NCBI GenBank assembly: GCA_031379405.1
Contig: JANNFC010000563.1
Location: 1 to 39,250, forward strand
DNA from: Betaproteobacteria bacterium
Lineage (GTDB): Bacteria > Pseudomonadota > Gammaproteobacteria > Burkholderiales > SHXO01
DNA: 39,250 nt
Direction: 5' to 3'
Under the pieces are notes generated by a model. That model worked only from the letters and a program-made list of their open reading frames with translations, ran no database searches and was not told where the DNA came from. Both the position numbers and the translations under genes were made by a program. Of this stretch, positions 31,919 to 39,250 are shown one piece after another (the first letter of the stretch is position 1; every line of letters begins with the position of its first letter).

Positions 31919-33130
31919 ATGAAGCAGTCGTTCTTACGCGCAGGGCACTTGCCGACTTTGTTCGCGGCTTTTCTGTATTTCGATTTGGCTTTCATGGTGT
32001 GGGTTATTCTGGGGCCGCTTGGCGTGCAGATCGCACAGGACTTGGATCTCACACCGGCGCAGAAGGGAATGATGGTTGCCACGCCGGTGCTCGCGGGCGC
32101 GTTGTTACGCATCGTAATGGGCGTGTTGGTGGATCACATAAAGCCCAAAGCCTCCGGCGCGATCGGACAGATCGTTGTGATGGTTGCACTGGCGGCCGCT
32201 TGGCAATTCGGCGTTCACACCTATGAGCAAGTACTTCTACTGGGCTTGGCGCTAGGTGTCGCGGGCGCGGCGTTCGCGGTGGCGCTGCCGCTGGCTTCGC
32301 GTTGGTATCCGCCAGAGCATCAAGGCACGGCGCTGGGTATCGCGGGCGCTGGCAACTCCGGCACCGCATTGGCGGCACTGTTCGCTCCGGGATTAGCCGC
32401 CGCATTCGGATGGCAGAATGTGTTCGGATTGGCCATCATCCCGTTGTTCATCACCTTTCTGATCTATATGGCGCTCGCCAAGGACAGCCCGGACTGTCCG
32501 CCGGCGAAGCCCTTCAGCGATTACTTCAAAGTGCTCAAGGACAACGATGCATGGTGGTTCATGTTTTTCTATGCAGTGACCTTCGGGGGTTTCGTTGGAC
32601 TCGCCGCCTCGCTTACCATCTACTTCAATGCCCAGTATGGTCTATCCGCGGTGATTGCCGGTTACTTTACCGCCGCCTGTGTGTTCGCCGGATCCTTGGT
32701 GCGTCCCATTGGCGGCCACGTGGCGGACCGCATCGGAGGCATTCGCTCGCTCAGCGTGATGTACGTGGTAGGCGGCGCCATGCTCGCACTGGTGAGCTTC
32801 GGGCTGCCCAATGCCTGGATGGCCCTCGCCGTCTTCGTCGGCGCCATGCTGGCCTTCGGCATGGGCAACGGTGCGGTGTTCCAGTTAGTGCCGCAGCGCT
32901 TTCGCAAGGAAATCGGCGTCATGACTGGTTTGGTTGGCATGGCAGGCGGAATCGGCGGTTTCTTTCTGGCTTCGAGCTTGGGTTACTCGAAGCAGATCAC
33001 AGGCTCCTATCAATCCGCATTCCTCGTTTTCAGTGGGCTTGCTTGCTTGGCGCTCGTCGGGCTGACTGCCGTTAAAACGAGGTGGCGTACCACGTGGGGT
33101 GCATCCCACCTCAGCGCGGCTAAGATCTGA
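31919..33130 (+). CDS. NarK/NasA-family nitrate/nitrite MFS transporter
   Basis: Multi-TM MFS protein; GAAFAVALPLASRWYP, GIAGAGNSG, YAVTFGGF, GSLVRPIGG, GMGNGAVFQLVP, GLVGMAGGIGGF nitrate-signature motifs. Confidence 0.93.
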   Translation: MKQSFLRAGHLPTLFAAFLYFDLAFMVWVILGPLGVQIAQDLDLTPAQKGMMVATPVLAGALLRIVMGVLVDHIKPKASGAIGQIVVMVALAAAWQFGVHTYEQVLLLGLALGVAGAAFAVALPLASRWYPPEHQGTALGIAGAGNSGTALAALFAPGLAAAFGWQNVFGLAIIPLFITFLIYMALAKDSPDCPPAKPFSDYFKVLKDNDAWWFMFFYAVTFGGFVGLAASLTIYFNAQYGLSAVIAGYFTAACVFAGSLVRPIGGHVADRIGGIRSLSVMYVVGGAMLALVSFGLPNAWMALAVFVGAMLAFGMGNGAVFQLVPQRFRKEIGVMTGLVGMAGGIGGFFLASSLGYSKQITGSYQSAFLVFSGLACLALVGLTAVKTRWRTTWGASHLSAAKI

Positions 33131-33133
33131 CTC

Positions 33134-34372
33134 ATGACCAGGAACATTCTGGCGCTCCGTCCACTATCCGCACTTTCCACGATCGTCGCGCTAACGGTAT
33201 CCCAGGTAGCGTTAGCACAGACGGGCTCATTGGTGGAAGCCGTCACGGACGGCAAGCTGCTCCTCAATCTTCGCCCGCGCTATGAGTATGTCGAACAAGA
33301 CAACAAAGCAAAGGAGGCGAACGCGTTCACGCTGCGCTCGCTGCTCGGGTGGAAAACAAAGTCGTGGCATGACGTATCGGCAACGGCGGAAGGAATCAAT
33401 GTTACGCATCTGGGTCCGCAGCGCTTCAATGACAACGCCGCCTTGTCATCTCCTTACCCCCTAGTGGCCGATCCGGAAGACACCGATCTGAATCAATGGT
33501 TCGTCGACTATACGGGCATCGCAAAAACCACCGCGCGCGTTGGCAGACAGTCGATCAAACTGGACAACGTGCGATTTATTGGAAACGTCGAGTTCCGCCA
33601 GGTGATGCAGGTATTCAACGCTGCCACCATAGACTATCAAGGTATCGATGGGCTGCGTGTATACGGGGGATACTTGTTTCGTCTCAAGACCATCGCGGGA
33701 ATGCAACGCAAGACGCAAACGCCCATCGTCAATGTGCGATATAGCTTTCGTCCTGGACAGAGCATTGTTGGTTATGGGTATTGGCAAAATCAACCCAATA
33801 CGGGGCAGGTTACGGGCTTTGCGGACAACTCGAACCGCATTCTAGGTGTTCGACTGGATGGCGCGCATCCGCTCGGTGCGCAATGGAAGGTGCAGTACAC
33901 CGCGGAGTTCGCCAAACAGGATCGTTACGCCGGGGGCGATACACGCATTGACGCGCGCTATCGCCGCGTCGGTGTTGGCGCGCAATGGAAGGATGCTTTT
34001 TTGCGTGTCGATCAGGAGGTGTTGGGCAGCAACAATGGCCTCTACGGCTTCCAAACGCCGCTTGGCACCAACCATCTCTTCCAAGGCTGGGCCGATCAAC
34101 TGCTGAGCACACCCAGACAAGGCATCAAAGATAGATTTCTTACTGCCGGTGCCAAGTTTGGGCCCGTTGCGTTGCTCAGTGAGTATCATCAGTTCGACGC
34201 CGATTCCGGCAGTCTCGATTTTGGCAAAGAGTTCGATGCAGGCCTGGTGTACAACACGCCCGTGAAGGGGCTGTATGCCAAACTTGAATTCGCCGATTAC
34301 AAAGGAGGCGACGCGGCAACGGGGAAGGTGGATACTCGAAAAGTTTGGATGACCGTGGGGTATGGCTATTGA
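33134..34372 (+). CDS. Outer-membrane beta-barrel, alginate-export (AlgE-like) family; candidate nitrate/nitrite porin
   Basis: Signal peptide ending ALA, LRPRYEYV, VGRQSIKLDNVRFIGNVEFRQ, FQTPLGTNHLFQGWAD, terminal aromatic strand WMTVGYGY; 3 nt downstream of the transporter. Confidence 0.75.
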   Translation: MTRNILALRPLSALSTIVALTVSQVALAQTGSLVEAVTDGKLLLNLRPRYEYVEQDNKAKEANAFTLRSLLGWKTKSWHDVSATAEGINVTHLGPQRFNDNAALSSPYPLVADPEDTDLNQWFVDYTGIAKTTARVGRQSIKLDNVRFIGNVEFRQVMQVFNAATIDYQGIDGLRVYGGYLFRLKTIAGMQRKTQTPIVNVRYSFRPGQSIVGYGYWQNQPNTGQVTGFADNSNRILGVRLDGAHPLGAQWKVQYTAEFAKQDRYAGGDTRIDARYRRVGVGAQWKDAFLRVDQEVLGSNNGLYGFQTPLGTNHLFQGWADQLLSTPRQGIKDRFLTAGAKFGPVALLSEYHQFDADSGSLDFGKEFDAGLVYNTPVKGLYAKLEFADYKGGDAATGKVDTRKVWMTVGYGY

Positions 34373-34503
34373 TGGCGCAGATGCATACCTGGCACTCAAG
34401 GGGGTCAAGCGTCTCTCACGTCAGCCTGCTCCCCGCACGCGGGGCGACGCAGTATGCATCGAATAGTCAACGATTCGTGCGCAATCCGAAACCCTAAAGC
34501 ACT

Positions 34504-36192
34504 GTGCCCCTCCAACTCGATATAGGGCACGCCACCGCGGCAGGCGTCAGATCGAACAACGAAGACTTCGTTGGCATGGTCACGCCTACCGGCGAGGAGC
34601 TGGCGCGCAAGGGAGTCCTGGTAGCGATTGCCGATGGCGTATCGGGGCACGCGGGCGCACGTGAGGCGGCGGAGTATGCGGTGCGTGGCTTGCTCGCAGA
34701 CTATTACGCCACGCCGGACACTTGGGAAACCACCGTGTCCCTGGATCGCGTGTTGAAGGCGATCAACCGTTGGGTGATTTCGCAAGCACAGACAAGACGC
34801 GAAATCGCTGGCATGGCCACGACCTTGACGGCGCTGGTGCTGCGCGGACGGCACGCCACCGTCGCGCACCTTGGCGATACGCGCGCTTATCGTTTTCGCG
34901 ACGGGCAACTCACCAGGCTGACCACCGATCATGTGTGGGACCGTCCCGACATGTCGCACGTGCTGACACGAGGTATTGGTCTCGACTCGGATCTGCGGGT
35001 GGATTACGGTGATTTGGTGTTGCGCGAACGCGACCGCTTCGTTCTGATTTGCGATGGCGTGTGGGCGCATGTGCGTGAGGAGAGGCTGCGTGCACTATTG
35101 GATGGCGAGGGCGCTCAAGCCACGGCGAATTCATTGTTGAACGAAGCGATGATCTCCGGTTCGCAGGACAATGTCAGTGCCATCGTGGTCGATGTGCAAT
35201 CTATTGCCGATGACGCGCTGGACGACGTGCTCGCCGCTAGCACGCGCGTGCCCGTACCCATGCTGCTCAAGCCCGGCGATGAACTCGACGGCTTTCGCAT
35301 TATCGAAATCCTACGCCGGAATTCGAGCAACATCCTCTACAAAGTGGAGCAGACGAACAGCGGGCGATTGTGCGTGCTGAAAACGCTGGTACCGGAGCGC
35401 GCAAACGACCCGGCGGAATGCCGGCAGTTGGCGCATGAAGAATGGATCGCGCGCCGCGTGGTTGCACGCTTCTTTCCGCAAATCATTCCAGTGGAGGCGG
35501 AACTGCGCAGTGCTCTTTATTTCGTCCAAACCTGGCACGCCGGATCGACACTCGCACAAACGCTGGAGGCCGGCCGCCATCTCACCGTTCCTGACGTATT
35601 GGGTATAGCAATACGGCTCGCGCGCGGTGTTGGTGCACTACACCGGCGTTCGGTCATTCATCGCGACATCAAACCGGAAAATATCCATCTCGGCGACGAC
35701 AATGAAGTTCGGCTATTGGACTTCGGCGTTGCCGAATCCGGCTTCGCCGCTGGCATGCTTACCTCCCGCGCCGGTACGCCCAGTTACCTTGCGCCCGAAC
35801 TGTTTGCCGATGCCCCGGCCGACGCGCGCACCGATTTGTACGCATGGGGCGTAAGCGTCTATTTCGCGCTCACCCGTCACTATCCCTACGGTGAAGTGGA
35901 AGCATTTCAGCGGCCGCGCTTCGGCGAACCCGCTCCACCCACTCGCTATCGTCCGGATGTGCCGGTGTGGATGGAGAACATTGTGCTCAAGGCGGTGGCA
36001 AAGGATCCCGCTCAACGTTTCGAGACCGCCGAGGAATTGCTTCTCGCACTGGAACGCGGCGCGGCTCATCCGCTGGACGCACCTCGCCCCACGCCACTCG
36101 CTGCGCGCGATCCCGCGGTGATATGGCGTACAGCGGCGATGGTGTTGCTCGTGATAAATCTGCTGCTGATTTATCTGTTGATGGTGCGCTAG
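34504..36192 (+). CDS. Bifunctional PP2C phosphatase / Ser-Thr protein kinase with C-terminal TM helix
   Basis: PP2C motifs NED, IADGVSG, HLGDTRAY, ICDGVW, SQDNVS; kinase motifs VLK, HRDIKPEN, DFG, GTPSYLAPE, DLYAWG; hydrophobic C-terminus. Confidence 0.92.
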   Translation: MPLQLDIGHATAAGVRSNNEDFVGMVTPTGEELARKGVLVAIADGVSGHAGAREAAEYAVRGLLADYYATPDTWETTVSLDRVLKAINRWVISQAQTRREIAGMATTLTALVLRGRHATVAHLGDTRAYRFRDGQLTRLTTDHVWDRPDMSHVLTRGIGLDSDLRVDYGDLVLRERDRFVLICDGVWAHVREERLRALLDGEGAQATANSLLNEAMISGSQDNVSAIVVDVQSIADDALDDVLAASTRVPVPMLLKPGDELDGFRIIEILRRNSSNILYKVEQTNSGRLCVLKTLVPERANDPAECRQLAHEEWIARRVVARFFPQIIPVEAELRSALYFVQTWHAGSTLAQTLEAGRHLTVPDVLGIAIRLARGVGALHRRSVIHRDIKPENIHLGDDNEVRLLDFGVAESGFAAGMLTSRAGTPSYLAPELFADAPADARTDLYAWGVSVYFALTRHYPYGEVEAFQRPRFGEPAPPTRYRPDVPVWMENIVLKAVAKDPAQRFETAEELLLALERGAAHPLDAPRPTPLAARDPAVIWRTAAMVLLVINLLLIYLLMVR

Positions 36193-36222
36193 CCAACCTT
36201 CCGCCGTCGCACGCTCCACGCG

Positions 36223-36756
36223 CTATGACTTCGACCTATTCACCGAAACACCGTGCCGCACCGCCGTCAAAATCCCTCGTAATATCTCCACCGGAGGCGG
36301 GGGACATCCCGGAACCGCGACATCGACCGGAATCACATTGGAAACACGCCCACACGAAGCATAACTCTCACCAAACACGCCACCCGTACAACCACAGTCG
36401 CCCACAGCAACCACCAGCTTGGGCGCCGGCGTCGCCTCCCAAGTACGACGTAGCGCGGTTTGCATGTTGCGCGACACGGGACCGGTGACCAGCAACATAT
36501 CCGCATGCCGTGGGCTCGCGACGAATTTGATTCCCAGTCCTTCGATGTTGTAGTAAGGATTGGTCAGGGCATGAATCTCCAACTCGCAACCATTGCACGA
36601 TCCGGCGTCGACCTGGCGGATACACAGCGCGGCGCCGAGGATGCGCAGTATTTCGTCCTGGATGCTTTGCGCTTGCATGCGCACGGATTCGTCGGTGTCC
36701 GGCGGGGCCTCGGTCGGGAGGCCAGCGGCTTTGATCTGTTTGATGATGCGCCACAT
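36223..36756 (-). CDS. Hydrogenase-4 small subunit / NuoB-like Fe-S protein (HyfI-like, EhrS)
   Basis: GSCNGCELE, SPRHAD, VTGPV, AVGDC, PGCPP; start at ATG 36756 (TGATG overlap), not 37203. Confidence 0.92.
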   Translation of the reverse strand: MWRIIKQIKAAGLPTEAPPDTDESVRMQAQSIQDEILRILGAALCIRQVDAGSCNGCELEIHALTNPYYNIEGLGIKFVASPRHADMLLVTGPVSRNMQTALRRTWEATPAPKLVVAVGDCGCTGGVFGESYASCGRVSNVIPVDVAVPGCPPPPVEILRGILTAVRHGVSVNRSKS

Positions 36757-38318
36757 CAGAGGTCGTGCCCGGAGTAACTGAGGTTGAAGGATTTGTTGAT
36801 GAGGGGAAAATCCGGAACGATGTTGCCCATGACGGCGTGTTCCAGCACCGGCCAATTCTGCCAGGATGGATCGTGGCAGTGACAACGCGCAATGGCGCCG
36901 GCCGCATCCGTCTCCAAGGCGATGAATACCGGCCCGCGCCATCCCTCTATCCATCCGGCACCGAATCCGTTGCGGCCGTCTCCTTGCAAGGGTGCGAGCA
37001 CCGGTCCCGGTGGCAGGCGCTCGCATAGGGATTGGATCAGTCGCAGTGATTCGAACAGTTCGTCGAATCGCACGCTCACTCTGGCGGCGACGTCGCCACC
37101 GCGCGATGTGACGCATTGCGCCTCGATTTCGTCGTAGGGCGAAACGCGAAACTCGGTGCGCACATCGAAGGCTTGCCCGCTGGCTCGTCCCGCGAGTCCG
37201 CATAGCCCAAGCTGCACCGCCAACTCTGGACTGACGTGACCGGTGGTCATGAAGCGATCCTGCAGGCCGGCGTGCTCGTCATAGATCGTGCGCAACGTCC
37301 GCACTTCCTTTCGCAATACCTCGCACTGGACTGTGATGCTTTCACGCATGCTCTGGGTAATGTCCGCCGCTACGCCGCCAGGAAGCACGCGGTCCATCAT
37401 GAAGCGGTGTCCGAAGGTGACATGATTAGTGCGCAGCCAATCCTCTTTCAGCCTGGAGAACTGCGCCAGCCCGAAGGCGAGCGCGGCGTCATTACCCAGT
37501 GCGCCTAAATCGCCAAGATGATTGGCCACGCGCTCGCGCTCCAACATCAGCGCACGCAGCCAGCTTGCACGCACTGGAATATCCGCATCTTCGATGCATT
37601 CCAGGGCCATGCAATAAGCCCAGGCGTAGGCCACCGTTGAGTCGCCCGACACTCTCCCTGCCAGCCGATAGCCGTCTTGCCGCGCGACCGACTGGAAGCG
37701 CTTCTCGATGCCCTTGTGGGTGTAGCCTAGTCTTTGTTCAAGGCGAAGCACCTTCTCGCCCACGACGGAAAAACGGAAGTGGCCGGGCTCGATGATGCCG
37801 GCGTGGACCGGCCCCACGGGAATCTCGTGCACGCCCTCCCCTTCCACGCGGACGAAGGCATAGTCCTCCTCGGCGCAATCGCCGAGTACTTCTTGTCCAT
37901 TGCCTTCGGTGCGCAGCGGAAAATAATGCTTGGGCCAGGCGCCGTGATTCAGCCACCCACGTTCATCGTTCAGACCGGCGGCGCGCAAGCCCACCAAGTC
38001 GTACACAGCCCGCTGCATTCGATCGGCGTAAGGAAAAGCCCAGGCGAGATTCGGATATGCGAGTGCTTCGCCTTCAAGCGGCAGCGCCAAGATGACAAGT
38101 CCTTCACGTAATACGTAAGCCGCGTACACCGCGAACATCCCGTCGCGACGGCGACGCTCGGCACCCCAAATGCAGAGTAGCCGCACGCCGCTTTCCTTTG
38201 CCACGCGCGCCGCTTTTTCCCATTCGCTCTGCGTCACCGTCGCGCGCCAGATCGGCGGGGCTTTGCACACGGTTTCGAAGGTGACATCGAGTTCCAGAAA
38301 ACCCATGGGGTCAGCCAC
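36756..38318 (-). CDS. Hydrogenase-4 large subunit-like NuoCD fusion lacking NiFe ligands (HyfG/HycE-like, EhrL)
   Basis: VGPVHAGIIEPGHFRF, LGYTHKGIEK, ERERVANHL, EGWRG, DPSWQNW; RVSGDS and FNLSYSGHDL occupy the positions of the two CxxC motifs. Confidence 0.9.
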   Translation of the reverse strand: MADPMGFLELDVTFETVCKAPPIWRATVTQSEWEKAARVAKESGVRLLCIWGAERRRRDGMFAVYAAYVLREGLVILALPLEGEALAYPNLAWAFPYADRMQRAVYDLVGLRAAGLNDERGWLNHGAWPKHYFPLRTEGNGQEVLGDCAEEDYAFVRVEGEGVHEIPVGPVHAGIIEPGHFRFSVVGEKVLRLEQRLGYTHKGIEKRFQSVARQDGYRLAGRVSGDSTVAYAWAYCMALECIEDADIPVRASWLRALMLERERVANHLGDLGALGNDAALAFGLAQFSRLKEDWLRTNHVTFGHRFMMDRVLPGGVAADITQSMRESITVQCEVLRKEVRTLRTIYDEHAGLQDRFMTTGHVSPELAVQLGLCGLAGRASGQAFDVRTEFRVSPYDEIEAQCVTSRGGDVAARVSVRFDELFESLRLIQSLCERLPPGPVLAPLQGDGRNGFGAGWIEGWRGPVFIALETDAAGAIARCHCHDPSWQNWPVLEHAVMGNIVPDFPLINKSFNLSYSGHDL

Positions 38319-39250
38319 CGATCATGCGCGCCGCTTGTCGAAACCAGGTTTCGAGGTAAGGCGGAATATACAATCCAAGCATCAATCCAAGCCCGAGATG
38401 CACGAACACCGGAAGCAACGCGGGCGGATGCGGCAGTGGTTTCGCGTTCGTATCGCCAAACACCATGGCTTGCACGCGGAGCATCACGGACGCGAAAGCA
38501 ACACCCAATGCGAGCAGCAGCACGGGCGCCGCCCAAGGCAGCTCGCGCATGGTGGTGGTAAGGATCAAAAATTCACTCGCGAAAATGGCAAAGGGCGGCA
38601 TGCCGAGAATGGCGAGAGCGCCCAGCATGAGTCCCCAACCCACGGTGGGACTGACTTTCAGCATCCCGCGAATGTCGTCCATCATCTGGGTCCCGGCTTT
38701 TTGCGAGGCATGCCCCACGGCGAAGAAAATGGCGGACTTCACCAGCGAATGTGCTGTCATGTGCAACAGCCCCGCGAAATTGGCGATCGGACCGCCCAGA
38801 CCGAAAGCGAAGGTCATCAACCCCATGTGTTCGATGGAGGAGTAGGCGAACATGCGCTTGACGTCCTTCTGGCGCGAAAGAAAGAAAGCCCCCGTGACCA
38901 CCGACACTAAGCCGAATCCAATCATGAGCTGGCTCGCCAATCCGTTCTGCAGCGCACCGTCGGTCAGCACCTTGCAACGCAGAAGGGCATAGAGCGCAAC
39001 GTTGAGCAGCAAACCGGACAAGACAGCCGAGATCGGCGTCGGACCTTCCGCGTGCGCGTCCGGCAACCAGTTATGCACCGGCACCAGACCGACCTTGGTG
39101 CCATAACCCACCAGCAGGAACACAAAGGCGAGTGAGATGATGGTCGGTTCGAGTTGTGTCTTGACTTCCTCGAGGTTGGTCCACAATAGCGCTCCGCCGC
39201 CGGCGCCGAGTACGCGTTCAGCCGCCAAATACAGCAGAATGGTTCCGAAC
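38311..39250 (-). CDS. hyfF: Hydrogenase-4 component F-like proton-translocating subunit (5' end outside window)
   Basis: GYGTKVGLVPVHNWLPDAHAEGPTPISAVLSG, KRMFAYSSIEHMG, HSLVKS, GMPPFAIFASEF antiporter-like motifs. Confidence 0.9.
   Translation of the reverse strand, partial: FGTILLYLAAERVLGAGGGALLWTNLEEVKTQLEPTIISLAFVFLLVGYGTKVGLVPVHNWLPDAHAEGPTPISAVLSGLLLNVALYALLRCKVLTDGALQNGLASQLMIGFGLVSVVTGAFFLSRQKDVKRMFAYSSIEHMGLMTFAFGLGGPIANFAGLLHMTAHSLVKSAIFFAVGHASQKAGTQMMDDIRGMLKVSPTVGWGLMLGALAILGMPPFAIFASEFLILTTTMRELPWAAPVLLLALGVAFASVMLRVQAMVFGDTNAKPLPHPPALLPVFVHLGLGLMLGLYIPPYLETWFRQAARMIGG

Noticed and set aside
34426-34446. CTGCTCCCCGCACGCGGGG resembling a type I-E CRISPR repeat
   Set aside because: Single shortened copy, no spacers, no cas genes; better explained as a hairpin
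36757-37203. N-terminal extension of the 326-aa ORF 36223-37203
   Set aside because: Overlaps the large-subunit gene in another frame; the NuoB-like protein starts at ATG 36756
36756-38318. Annotation as an active NiFe hydrogenase or formate hydrogenlyase
   Set aside because: Both CxxC metal-binding motifs are absent, and no maturation or formate dehydrogenase genes are in the window

Overview
GC-rich (by eye, high-50s to ~60% GC), gene-dense chromosomal region that looks betaproteobacterial (inferred from gene content and order). Left to right: (1) a truncated Arg-rich membrane-protein ORF that the ORF track misses, tRNA-Thr(CGT), paaG, a 160-bp MITE and an Irr-like Fur regulator. (2) A complete, motif-intact type I Wadjet (jetABCD) anti-plasmid operon followed by an alpha/beta hydrolase. 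(3) The housekeeping block serS-rarA-lolA-ftsK / trxB-smr-glnB, then a FemAB-like GNAT and sfsA. (4) Two small orphan proteins. (5) A long minus-strand run nirB-nirD-nasA-[HemD::ADP-forming acyl-CoA synthetase alpha fusion]-maiA-unknown lipoprotein-LOG. (6) A divergent arm with a NarK-type transporter, an AlgE-like porin and a PP2C/Ser-Thr kinase fusion; back-to-back sigma54 promoters for the two arms share a pair of NtrC-like sites. (7) The distal part of an Ehr (hydrogenase-4-like, NiFe ligands absent) complex. Best candidates for undescribed biology are the HemD-acyl-CoA synthetase fusion, the porin plus kinase/phosphatase module of the nitrate regulon, the HxCGCxH lipoprotein, and a recurrent pattern of palindromic repeats that supply stop codons or carry 8-9 nt stutters. 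No CRISPR array, integrase or transposase was seen. All calls are from motif recognition by eye; no database searches were run.
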